DNA of 64,000 nt from Selaginella moellendorffii. Taxonomy: Eukaryota; Plantae; Lycopodiophyta. This document shows, piece after piece, positions 26,401 to 37,442 of this stretch. The notes below the pieces were generated by a model. It had not been told where the DNA came from. It saw only the letters and a list, made by a program, of their open reading frames with translations, and searched no databases. Where the stretch lies: NCBI RefSeq assembly GCF_000143415.4, contig NW_003314302.1:1405208-1469207 (forward strand), in the 5' to 3' direction. Numbering within the stretch: the first letter of the stretch is position 1; each line of letters starts with the position of its first letter. The position numbers and the translations under genes are program-made.

Positions 26401-27264
26401 ATGATGAGCTCGAGTTTCCGGTGGGGCGATGTGGAGGACGAAGAGGTCGATGTGTTGCCACCAAGAAAGGTCGTCGGGCCAGACGAGAAGGGGATCAAGA
26501 TCATCACCTCGTGGCGCAGGGATGAAGACACTGGCAAGCTGATCAAGGTAATCGAGACAGTGAGAGTGACGAAGAAGACGAAGAAGATGAGCCCCGCGGT
26601 TCTTCACCGCAAGCAGCTCAAGAGATTCGGCGACGTCGCAAACGCAACCGAGGGCGTGACGCTCGTCTCCGTGGACGAGATCCGGCTCGAGAAGCCCGGC
26701 TCGAGGAACACCCGCAGCGATAACGTCGATCTGGGGCTGCCCAGCTCCGGTAACACGTCCTTGATCGTTTGCCGGGCCTGTGGGAAAAAGGGCGATCACT
26801 GGACGTCGAGGTGCCCTTTCAAGGATTTGCTGCTCAAGGACGATGATGCGGTGATCAAGCCCGCCGAAGATCACGGTGATCGTGGCGACGTGACTCCGAA
26901 GCAAAGCACTGGGAAGTACGTTGCTCCCAACCGGCGTCCCGGAGGAGGAGCGGGATCGAAAGAGACGACGCGCTATAGAGACGATGGCAATTCGCTAAGA
27001 GTGACCAACTTGTCCGAGGACACGAGGGAGGCCGACTTGCAGGAGCTGTTTGGGCGATTTGGGAGTATCTCGCGGATCTTTGTGGCGTCGGATAGGGGGA
27101 CGGGCCTGGGGCGTGGCTTTGCTTTCATAACTTTTGTGAGGAGGGAGGATGCCGAGCGCGCCATGAAGAAGCTCGATGGCTATGGCTACGATAGTCTTAT
27201 ACTCCATGTCGAGTGGGCGGCTCCCCGGGAGAGGCTAGTCAAGGAAAGGAATGACCATTGGTGA
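26401..27264 (+). CDS. eIF3g: Eukaryotic translation initiation factor 3 subunit G (intronless)
   Basis: RWGDVED N-terminus, Zn knuckle CRACGKKGDHWTSRCPFKD, C-terminal RRM (LRVTNLSEDT, RGFAFITF, GYGYDSLILHVEWA). Confidence 0.95.
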   Translation: MMSSSFRWGDVEDEEVDVLPPRKVVGPDEKGIKIITSWRRDEDTGKLIKVIETVRVTKKTKKMSPAVLHRKQLKRFGDVANATEGVTLVSVDEIRLEKPGSRNTRSDNVDLGLPSSGNTSLIVCRACGKKGDHWTSRCPFKDLLLKDDDAVIKPAEDHGDRGDVTPKQSTGKYVAPNRRPGGGAGSKETTRYRDDGNSLRVTNLSEDTREADLQELFGRFGSISRIFVASDRGTGLGRGFAFITFVRREDAERAMKKLDGYGYDSLILHVEWAAPRERLVKERNDHW

Positions 27265-27764
27265 TTGATAATAAATAACTATAAGCTTAATATTAATATT
27301 AAATCTCTACATTGTTGTGATGAGATGTTCTGATGTATGTGCATAGCTCAGAAATCGCTAATCACTGGCACCTTGCTTGATAAACCAATGGCTATTCTAA
27401 GATGCCAAGGCTTGGGTGGCAATCAGGTGACTATTCTTAAGTTGAGCTCCGGGGACGCGATTTTACCAAGATGCAGGAAAAGCCTGCACCGAGTGCGCGA
27501 ATTCTGATCAGCCGAGAGACTGCTGCAAATGCACAGAAGCTTGAAAAAGTTGACCCAGCCTTGGTATTTAGTAGTTCTTGTGACAAAGTGTTTGCAGGCC
27601 TACAAAAGAACTCGAGAAAGTCAAAGCAAATGTCGATTGTGTCACTATGTTTCATTGGAACAATACACATTTACTGTTTTATTCAATTGAAATAAAACCA
27701 TACTTAACATTACCAGTTCAAGCGTTGAGGCAATCTAGATTTCTTCGTGATAAGTATGCTGCTA

Positions 27765-28200
27765 GCAGAGAGCGTCTCCACTCCCAGCTTAAGACCGCGA
27801 TCGCGATACTCTTATTGGGAATATCCTCGTCGCCATGTATGAAGTGGCTGCCTTGTTCAAGCTCGACTCGCTGTCGAGCGCCTCTCGCAGCGAAATCTTT
27901 CCTCTTGGAATGTTATGGTCATGGCAAATGCCCAAGGAGGGCACTGTCGCGGGACAGCGGAGGCCTTTCATCGAATGCCACATCGAAATGTGGTGTCGAT
28001 AATCCAGGCACTTTTTCAAAGCAACGATCTCGTCCAAGACAGGCACTGTTTCGAACAGATCCCTGACCTCGACACCGTTTCTTAGAATATCATACTCGTG
28101 GCGGATGCCCAGCGAGGGCACGTCAAGAGTGCGGCAAAGATCTGAGCCAAGATCGAGAGGCCTTATGCGATATCGCTCGATAGGCGACTGCTTTCAGGTA
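27765..28200 (+). pseudogene. PPR gene remnant
   Basis: Broken frames give RLHSQL..DRDTLIGNILVAMY, SWNVMVMANAQGGH, FHRMPHRNVV and FEQIPDLDTVS*N. Confidence 0.6.
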
Positions 28201-28249
28201 CATTTCCTGTCTTTAGTTTTATTTACTGAATTGTTTGAAGTACAAACAG

Positions 28250-29874
28250 CTATAGCACCTTTACCACCAATGGTGCGACCATCTCACTTGAAAGTTTGAG
28301 AACTTCGGTGAGATCCACGGGATGAGTCGGGTCTGCCTGGAACTCGAACTGTTGCACCAAACGAGCCGTCCAGAGGAGAACAGTCGCAAGGCCAAGAGCT
28401 CGTCCGGGACACACTCGACGACCAGCTCCAAATGGAGCAAGACGTAAGTCGGTTCCTTTCACGTCGATGTCCTGCTCAAGGAATCTCTCCGGGTTGAATT
28501 TCTCAGGCTCGGACCAGATGGAAGGATCATGAGTGATGGACCACATGTTTACCATGGCCGTGGTGCCTGCGGGGACGTGGTGGCCGCTCAAGCTTACGTC
28601 GTGGATCGCCAACCGAGCCCAGGAGAGCAAGGGACCTGGAGGATGCATCCGAAGGGTCTCCTTCACGACGGCCTGGAGGTACACCATCTTGTGGAGATCA
28701 GGCTCAGCAAGTTCGGATTTTCCTCCAACCATGCTAGTGATCTCATGTCGTAACTTGCTCTGCATTTCAGGATGGAGGACAAGCTCTGCAAGAATCCATT
28801 CGGTGAGGAGTGCAACCGTGTCAGTGCCTCGAAAAATCATTTCCTGGAAAGCACCACGTAAGTCGTAACAAAAATCAGAGGCAGAGTTCATTTTCTTACC
28901 CAGAGAACTGCGATCATGTCCGCATCTATAAGCTTGTCCTCGCCATCCAAGGAGAGCAGCACATCCACAAAGTCGGCTTCAGCAACTTTCTTATCAACCG
29001 ACTGGTGATGCTCGTCGATGATCCTCTGGACAAAGCTCGTCACTCGGGGAACCAAAACGGCACAGCGCTGGAGGATATTCTGGGGGTCGACTGCCTTCAG
29101 AACTGGCAAGTGATCAGCCCAGTTGAATGCACCGAGCAGCTCGAATCCTTCCCTCACCATCTCAGAGAGCTGAGTGGCATCCTCAGAGCCATCCTCGAAT
29201 CTCCTGCCGAACACCGTCTGCATGATGTTGTTAAGCGAAGCTCGCTGGAGAAAGTCCCGGACTCGGACAAGGCCGTCGTTTTCCGCGGCAAAGGTACTCA
29301 TCGCTTCGATCATCCTGGTTGTCTCTGCCTGACGCGATGGCTCGTGAGCAGCAATCTGGCGTGGCGAGAACAGATAGTTGGAGGCAATTCTTCGCAAGTT
29401 ACGCCAGTAATCTCCGTAGGGAGCGAAGCCGATTGCTCGTCCAAACAGGAGCTGCTGAGCCGACTGCTTGAGGGGCCTGTCCGCGAACTCAGAGCTATTG
29501 AGCAACTCACGTGCCACTTCCGGCTTGCTGGTTATGATCATCCTTGTGTTCCCCAGGCTGAATGCCATGAGCTCCTTTGCATGGTACCTCTCGGCAAGCG
29601 CGGCCAACTTTCGGTGAGCTTGGCCTCCCATTTCCGTCAAGACTCCAAGCACTGGCCATCCTCGGGGTCCCGGGATGGTCTGCTTCTTCCTCAGCGCTTT
29701 CCCCCATGCATTGCCACCGCGAACAAGCCAAGGAGCCAGGATCGCCGAGATGGCAGCTAGAATGAGCAGTGCAGAAGCAGAGAAGACAGATCTCCATGCA
29801 TGATCGGTGGCTAAATGCCGGGGGAAGAAAGGCAGAGTGAGGATCCACCAATTGAATCCAGAAGACAACTCCAT
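28250..29874 (-). CDS. CYP78A: Cytochrome P450 CYP78A (KLUH-like), 2 exons
   Basis: [48 protein letters not shown], heme motif [10 protein letters not shown]. Single short intron at about 28846-28899. Confidence 0.95.
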
Positions 29875-30493
29875 GATTGAATCGAGAATGCTTTGGGGAG
29901 GCAAGGCTTGAGACACCGCCTTTGGTTTATGATGGTCTCGGGTTTTATAGCGACGAGAAACGAGATTATCCAGAGCTGCATGCCTGGGAAAACTATTGGC
30001 TGAGAACAAGAATGCTCGAAATGGTAAGTCTCTAAGATAGTACAGCTTCTACATTTGCTCGTGTCTTGTGGATTTTACTGTTCTAACACTTGAAGAAACT
30101 TGAGTTGGCAAGTGACTTGATCATCAAACTACGAGTCCCCTTCCTATAAGTGCATCGTTCAAGCGGCATTTCATCCAGAATGCGACGAATCTTCTACAGG
30201 TTCTAGAGGACTAATTAATCGCGGGTAATTCAGTCCCTGTTTGTGACTGGCGGTTTTTTCCGAGACAAAGGGCGATACATCGCTTGTTTTCAGCTGTTTC
30301 TGCTGGACATTGCCAGATGGTCATCGCTTGGACAACTTCTTTTGCGGAGGACAAGGAAGAGCTCGATGACAGTGGAGCCAATCACTTCGGAGAAGTCGGA
30401 GAAAGGTGGCAGCTTGCGCCGAGATTTTCTTGGAAAACACACATGTATAATCAAAGGTATATATATAAGTCACTCTTTAGGGTTGACAGAAAA

Positions 30494-31912
30494 ATGGCGG
30501 ATCTTGTGCGAATCGCTGTTGTGGGCGATGTGGTAAATCATTGATTCTTAATTGATTTGCTCTAGACTCTTCGTTTTGAATGGCAGCATGGCGACTGGGA
30601 TGCCACAGCTGACAGGAGAGCCTTGCAACACCTCAATGTAAGTTAACGAAGATAAATCCAAAGAAAGTTTTCTCCAAACACGAACACACATCCCAAATCC
30701 TAGCCGCCACCATTTCTTTCATCCATTTCGATGAGGACAGTCCAGTCCTCCAAGCCAATTCGTTAAGAGATTTGAATCAAAAGATGGCACTAAAATCACT
30801 CACTCGGATCTCTTTCACTCAGCCGGATCTCGTCTTATTCACGGGGGATTTTGGCGACGAGGACGTGCAAATCGTGAGAGAAGTGGCCAACCTTGACATG
30901 AGCAAGGCCGTGATCCTTGGAAACCATGACTGCTGCCGGAGTGCTCTCGGGTTTGTTCATTGATTCTCCTTTTTTTTTTCTCTTCGTTTCATCTCTCTTT
31001 TCTAGCGGTAATATCGACTTTCTCTACGAGAAGTTTACAACCAGCTATCTGGAGCGTCTAGTTGGATATCTCGTTTCTTTTTTCAAGAGACCATCCAAGC
31101 CTGCTGTAGAGCAGCAAATCCAGATGTAAGTTCCCCTTTTTGTGGATGTCTAGAGAAATAATTCTCGATCTCTTATCAGGCTTGGAGACTCGTTTGTAGG
31201 ATTCAAGCGTGTGGATTATCGCCACTTAAAACTTAGTGTCGTTGGAGCGAGGCCATTTGCAATGGGAGGTGATGGAGTTTACGGCAAAACTCTCCTTTCT
31301 TCGTTGTAAGAACTTTTTCTTCCTTTTCATCCTTTGAAGACTTCTCGTGTAGATTTGGCATTTCGGATCTGAAAGGTAGTGCCGAGAAGATCAAAGAGCT
31401 CATCCTCGATGCTCCCAAAGATCACAGTGTAGTGATACTCGCACACAATGGACCGACTGGTATTAAATGCATGTTTCCATGCCTCTTCTTACACAAGACT
31501 TACAGGATTGGGCTCAGAAAGGCATGATATTTGTGGTAAAGATTTTAGTGGACGAGGTGGAGACAATGGGGATCCTGGTAAGTACAGAACTTCTCGCTAA
31601 AGATACCAGTTTTTCATTACTTTTTCCTCGACAGACTTGGCCGAGGCTATAAAACTCTGCGAAGAAGAGTGCGAGATACCTTTGGTGGTGTTTGGTCATA
31701 TGCACAGAAACGAGGGGCGCAAGATGGTCGCGGGGCTCAATCGCAAGGTTTTTGTGAATGGTGCCGTGGTTCCCAGGAGAGAAGGATTGAATCGACAGTT
31801 TACCATGGTAGAGCTGCAAGACCACGAAGTTAAAAGGGTCACGGAGACGTGGGTGAAAGTCGCTGCTGGAGATGTTTGCATTGCCAGTGAGAAAGTTCTC
31901 TTTCAACTGTAG
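30494..31912 (+). CDS. Calcineurin-like metallophosphoesterase (TIGR04168-like, multi-exon)
   Basis: RIAVVGDV/HG, LFTGDFG, ILGNHD, LAHNGPTG, GDNGDPDL, VVFGHMH and VNGAVVPR motifs in order across short introns. Confidence 0.85.
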
Positions 31913-31957
31913 AAACTGTTGCTCAAAGCTTCGCTGTGTAAAAAAATGTTTCGATTT

Positions 31958-32100
31958 ATGGAGCGCGAGCTTCTATCCAATCGATTTTTTCCATATGGAG
32001 CTAGAGCTCCAGCTTCTATCCACTACTTCAGCTATGGAGCTGCTTCTATCCACTCGATTTTTACTTCAGCTATGGAGCTCGAGCTTCTATCGAGCTCGAG
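31958..32100 (+). repeat. Imperfect tandem repeat (ATGGAGCT..AGCTTCTATCCA.., about 30-40 bp, 4 copies)
   Basis: Repeated unit between the phosphoesterase stop and the PPR start; also present inverted at about 17595-17720. Confidence 0.75.
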
Positions 32101-32180
32101 CCTCTAAATCAAATAAACGCGCCAATTTTTTTGGATTCTAGGGTTTATGGGTTTCTAGGTCGAGGCAGCCATGCTTGTGG

Positions 32181-34994
32181 ATGTTCCAAGCGCAATTGGG
32201 GAGAGGGTTTTGCAAGATCAGCGCTGCGGCTGCGATATTCTCGGATGCGCTAGCAGCGGCGGCGCCAGCGCCGCAGTCCCGGCTAATTGCCTGGATCAAG
32301 GAATGCGGCGGCGCCAGAGATCTGGAGCGAGGGCGGCGCATCCACCAAGAGGTGATTCGCAGCGGCCATGGCTCCGATCGCGTCGTGCTCAACAGCCTGG
32401 TGAGTATGTATGGGAAATGCGGCAGCCTGGATGATGCGATCCAGGTCTTCAACGCCATGGGGAAGAAGAATCGCGATGTGGTGTCGTGGAATTGCTTGAT
32501 GCTGGGCTATGCCGAGATTGGGGATGGGGAAGCCTGCCTGGGTTTGCTGGGAGGAATGCGGGAAGATGGAATCCGACCAAATGGAAGAAGCTTTGTGGCT
32601 GGGATCAAAGCCTGCTCGGCCAAGGGGGGATATTGTCGAGACAAAGGACAGATGGTTAGCTTGAGATCGTTGGAGATTGGAATGGCTCTTCATTCCCAGG
32701 CTCGCGAGAGTGGATTCGAGTCGGATATTTTCGTGGCTGCCACCTTAGTCGACATGTACGTGAAGTGTGGAAGCTTGGTGGATGCTCGCGGGGTTTTTGA
32801 GAGAGCTCCTTTCCACAACACGGTGCTGTGGAACGCTTTGGTGATGGGATATGTTGAGAATGGAGAAAGCGAGCTAGCTCTGGAGCTTCTCCCATACATG
32901 AAACGAGAGGGATGTGATCCAGATGCTAGAACTTTCGTAGCAGCGCTCAAGGCTTGCGGAAGTTTTGCAACGACAGAAGAAGATGATGATCTTGGTGGCA
33001 ATAGAATACGGTACTTGGAAAGAGGGATGGCCTTGCATTCCCAGGCTCTCGGACTCGACTCCTCGGACATCTTCGTGGCCAGTGCTCTCATCGACATGTA
33101 TGGGAAGTATGGAAGCCTGCTTGACGCACGAAGAGTTTTTGACAGGATTGAGATCTCTCGGCACGATGTGGTCTCGTGGACTGCTTTGATCATGGCCTGT
33201 GTGGAAAACCGTGAAGGAGGGCTGGCTTTGGAGCTGTTTGAGCACATGAAGGCCTCGTCCTGTGCTCCAAACAGCCGAAGCTTCGTCGCTGCTTTGAAGG
33301 CATGCACCAGCTTGGCAGCTATAGAGGAACCACGGCAGGGTCTCGAAGGGAAGTTTGTCAAGATCAAGACGTTACAGAGAGGTGCTTCACTCCATGCCGA
33401 AGCTGCTGGCCGTGGCTGCGAGGTGGATATCTTCGTGGCCAACACTCTCTTGGAGATGTACACAGTTTGTGGAAGCATGCTCGAGGCACGGAGAGTTTTC
33501 GACAGGACGAACGACCGAGACGTTACGTCGTGGAACTCGATGATACTGGGGTATGTGGAGAATGGACAGGACGAGCTAGCGCTGGAGCTTATCGATCTTA
33601 TGGAGAAGAAACGAGAGTGTTTGCCGAATGATCTCACTTTTGTGGCGGCTCTCAAAGCCTGTAGCAGTCTCGCCATCAAGGAAACCGGTCAGAAGATCTG
33701 CGGGAAGATCGTCAAGCTCAACTCACTGGTCAAAGGCTTTGATATTCACTCAAAAATCATCTCCAAGAGCAGCTGCTGTGACTCGCTGAGCTACACAACC
33801 AACGCGCTCATCGACATGTACACGAAGTGTGGGAGCCTGGTGGATGCACGAAGAGTATTTGACAGGGTGGTTTCGCAAGACGTTGTTTCATGGAACGTCT
33901 TGTTGCTTGGCTATTGCGAGAACGGAGAAGAGTCTCTCACGTTGCAGCTATTCCAAGCAATGCTCGGTGCCGGCTGGTGCTGCAAGCCCGATTTTAGAAC
34001 TTTTTGCGCTGCGTTCAAGGCTTGCAGCTGTCTCGCCGCCAAGGAAACTGGACAGGAACTCGCTGGAAAGGTCGTTAAGGTGGAATCCTTGAGAAAAGCC
34101 AGGATGCTACACTCACAGGCTCGGAGCTTTGGGATCGGGCTGAAAGCTTACGTTGCAAGCTCTCTGGTGGATATGTTGGCAAAGTGTGGCAGCATGGACG
34201 ACTCTCGCGGAGTTTTTGACAGGGTACCTGTGCATGATACGTTTTCTTGGACCGCACTCATGCTGGGATACGCTGAAAGTGGTGACGGTGACCGTGCTAT
34301 GGAGCTCTACTCCCAGTCTAGGCCACCAGAACAGGACGCTCAAACTTTCATCGCTCTTCTCAAGTGCGTTGGAGTTTTGGAGAGTGGAAAGATCATCCAT
34401 GGCGACATGTGTAGAGCTGGGCTGGAAGATGGTGCGGTCCTAGAGGCAACCTTGGTGGATGTATACGGAAAGTGGGGGAGCATGGACGATGCTCAACGCG
34501 TTTTTGACGCTCTCTCGGCTGCCAAAGACAAGCTCGTGTCCTGGAACGCGCTGCTTGGAGGCTATGCCCGTCAAGGTGACACCAAGAACGCTTTGAGGCT
34601 GTTCGAGGAGATGCAAGAACAAGGCCTGGAGCCCGACTCAGTGACGTTCCTCTCGGTTCTCACTGCTTGCAGCCACGCTGGTCTGGCCGAGACCGGCAAG
34701 AGATACTTCGAGACAATGCAACTCAAGCACGGCATTGAGCCAGGGATGTCTCACTATCACTGCATGGTGGACGTTCTCGGCAGAGCCAACCGCGTGGAGG
34801 AGGCTGTCCAGCTCGTAAAGTCGATGCCTTTCAAGGCGAATGCAGTGACTTGGAGGACTGTTTTAAGTGCCTGTCGGAAATGGAGGCACGAGGTGACTGG
34901 AAAGCTTGCGTTTCAGTCGGTGTTGGAGACTGATTGTGGGGACTCTTCAGCTTACGTGTTGATGGCGAACATTTACAACGAGAGTGGCTCATAA
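32181..34994 (+). CDS. PLS-class pentatricopeptide repeat protein with E-type tail, no DYW (probable organellar RNA editing factor)
   Basis: Intronless. Repeated L(V/I)DMY.KCGS..DAR.VFD / DVVSWN motifs. Ends HYHCMVDVLGRA...TWRTVLSAC...SAYVLMANIY. First in-frame ATG at 32181. Confidence 0.93.
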   Translation: MFQAQLGRGFCKISAAAAIFSDALAAAAPAPQSRLIAWIKECGGARDLERGRRIHQEVIRSGHGSDRVVLNSLVSMYGKCGSLDDAIQVFNAMGKKNRDVVSWNCLMLGYAEIGDGEACLGLLGGMREDGIRPNGRSFVAGIKACSAKGGYCRDKGQMVSLRSLEIGMALHSQARESGFESDIFVAATLVDMYVKCGSLVDARGVFERAPFHNTVLWNALVMGYVENGESELALELLPYMKREGCDPDARTFVAALKACGSFATTEEDDDLGGNRIRYLERGMALHSQALGLDSSDIFVASALIDMYGKYGSLLDARRVFDRIEISRHDVVSWTALIMACVENREGGLALELFEHMKASSCAPNSRSFVAALKACTSLAAIEEPRQGLEGKFVKIKTLQRGASLHAEAAGRGCEVDIFVANTLLEMYTVCGSMLEARRVFDRTNDRDVTSWNSMILGYVENGQDELALELIDLMEKKRECLPNDLTFVAALKACSSLAIKETGQKICGKIVKLNSLVKGFDIHSKIISKSSCCDSLSYTTNALIDMYTKCGSLVDARRVFDRVVSQDVVSWNVLLLGYCENGEESLTLQLFQAMLGAGWCCKPDFRTFCAAFKACSCLAAKETGQELAGKVVKVESLRKARMLHSQARSFGIGLKAYVASSLVDMLAKCGSMDDSRGVFDRVPVHDTFSWTALMLGYAESGDGDRAMELYSQSRPPEQDAQTFIALLKCVGVLESGKIIHGDMCRAGLEDGAVLEATLVDVYGKWGSMDDAQRVFDALSAAKDKLVSWNALLGGYARQGDTKNALRLFEEMQEQGLEPDSVTFLSVLTACSHAGLAETGKRYFETMQLKHGIEPGMSHYHCMVDVLGRANRVEEAVQLVKSMPFKANAVTWRTVLSACRKWRHEVTGKLAFQSVLETDCGDSSAYVLMANIYNESGS

Positions 34995-35536
34995 CAACTG
35001 GAGCGGACGAGCAGATCATGTCAACGGGAAGTTTGTGCGCATGAATGGCATCGAGACAAAGTTTTTGGTATGTCAAAAGGTTGTTTTCCAGCAAGTGATT
35101 CTCTAACGGTGAATGTTACAGGAACAGCAAAACTTTTCAGCATGATTGCTGCTCTTGGGCGACTTAGCTGGAAGTCCTTCCACTCACGTATAAGGTATGA
35201 CATTTTACTAGGAATCAATCTTTTCAGTGTGGGACTGACGCGTGCTGTGCAAGATATCCTTGCGATGCAAGTCCAGACAAGGAGCATATAATTCGTAAAG
35301 ATGGTGTTTTTATTTGACTGCCCAGTGGAGAACACACTGTGTAAAGCTACGTCTCAAGGTACAAGAAAGGAACCTTCTTTTTATATTTTATTTTTCATGT
35401 GTTCCTTTTTTTTTCCCGACTTTATCTCGTACCAGTTCGTAAAGATCTTGGACTGACTAGCCTAGCTAGCTGGTGGAGAACACGCTGTCCGTTCTAGAAG
35501 GTAGCGAAACTTCCATTTTTTCTTCTTTCTTGAACT

Positions 35537-36915
35537 TTAGTTCACAAATCTGCAGTTGTTTCTCACTTCACCTCGATTTCCAGTCAGGACGTTGAAAGAA
35601 GTGAGCTTCGCGTAAGCACTTGCGAAGGCATTGAAGAAAGAGATCTGGTTCTGAGAGAACCTGGCCACTATCGGAGAAGTTCTCGCGTCACTGGCCAGCG
35701 CTGCATCAATGGTGAAGAGTCCGAGACCCATTGTCGCCTCTCGAAAGTACTGATTGTCGAACTGAAGGCTGCTGAAATCGTTCTGGACAGTAGTGGCATT
35801 GATGATGAATCTTGGATCTGAGGACGGGCAGCTCACTCGCAATCTAGTCGCGTATACGAAGCTCAAGGTCGACTCGGTATTGGGATAGAGCCGGTTGACG
35901 ATGTTCACGCAGTGCCCGACGCCGAGAGTATGACCGCCACCTGGTTGGTAAGAAACGAGGTTTTTTATCCGTGAGAAACTTGAAACTAAGAAACGTGCAG
36001 TCGTGGGGAAACTTTATCGAGACTCTCGGAAACGGACATTTATAACTCGAACAGAGAACTTTGAAACTTGGACTCTGGCGGAAACTTACCGATATGAAAA
36101 CTTTTGGAACGATGAACTTAAAGAACCACTCTAAGAGCCGATGAGACAACGGACTTACGGAGATGGGAATTTTGGAAGAGGGAATTCTAAGGAACACTGG
36201 AAGAACTTACCCATAATTGCAACGCTTTCTTCTGTGGACATGCCCATGGATCCAAAGAGGTTGAGGAAATTATCAACGCTGATGGTCGTCGGTGGAAGGC
36301 TGGAATCGGCGGCGGCATTGCTAGCAAACGTGCTGTCGAGCCTTCCCATGGGAATTCGAAAGTCGGGGCCTCCTGCGAAGACAACGGCGTCCCTTCCAGC
36401 CATGGCGATAATGTCAGCACAAGAAACTCTGCCAGGCCCGCATTGCGAGTCCACAGCCGCTTTCGCGTTGTCAATGAGGTTGAGACGCCGGATTCCAAAG
36501 TTCTTGGAGGCAACCATCTCGCTGGTGATGCCACCTTGCGAATTCAGCATGATGGAAGCGTCGCATCCCTGGGCCGGAGAACAGAGAAACGAGTTTTGAT
36601 TTTCCCGGTGGTGGTGGTGACAACGAAAGAAGCAGAAATTCAGCTGACTGAAAGGAAAGAACAGTGCGAAGAACTTACTCCAACTTGGCAGTCGTGGAAG
36701 GCAAGCCTGAGAAGCGCCGCTGCGGCGGTGGGATCACCCGCAAGGTTGCTGGAAATCGAAGCTCTCACAGTTCTTTCGGCCTGGGGACAGACGTTGTCGT
36801 AGTAATCGTACGAAAGTTGCTGGGACAGGGGGAAGAACTCCGCCAGGATCATCGCCGAGACCAGGAAAGTGCTCCACCTCCACCGAGACGACAATGCAGT
36901 TAGGCTGTGATCCAT
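35537..36915 (-). CDS. Class III secretory peroxidase (3 exons)
   Basis: Signal peptide; AAALLRLAFHDC; GCDAS; VSCADI; GRLDS; GGHTLGVGHC; FDNQYF; GEVRNNCRFVN. Confidence 0.95.
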
Positions 36916-37418
36916 GACGATTGGTGTGGAGTGGCGAATTCTTATCTCTTCCCGGAGAGGAGAAAAAGCAAGAAACAGAACAAGCAGAGTCAGAACAAGG
37001 TACGCGAAGTTTCAGCAAGAACTGCAATCGAGGAAAGAAGTGCTTGTATTAACTTCCGATTCTCTGTGGCAAATGGGAGCGAGGGGGTGAAGAGAATCGA
37101 TCAGAGTCGGGGCCAGGCTTTGCAGAGGAATGAAGTGGACGAGAATTCCAGAAGAAAAAAATAAGAAAAGAAGAAGAGGAAAGAAAGAGGACCTCCTTCT
37201 TCGAGGAGCTCTCGCGCAGAGAGGTAAGTGTTAAGGCTTGACAAAGTGGGAAATTCGGGTGGAATACTTATGCAGTGTGTTTTTAAGGTGCTGGGTCCAT
37301 GCAGTACACCAAACTTTTGATCGTCGATAAGTCGTTAAGCGCGATTCAATGCTGCTGTTGGGGACAGTCACTAGGTGAGAGTGTGTGATAGCTCACCTCT
37401 CTCTTTCACTCCCCTCAT

Positions 37419-37442
37419 CTCTCTCTCTCTCTCTCTCTCTCT
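37419..37442. repeat. (CT)n microsatellite
   Basis: About 12 CT units. Confidence 0.9.

Noticed and set aside
31958-32100. Repeat arrays (here and 49634-50190) as CRISPR-like
   Set aside because: Eukaryotic context, degenerate units, no unique equal-length spacers and no cas genes.
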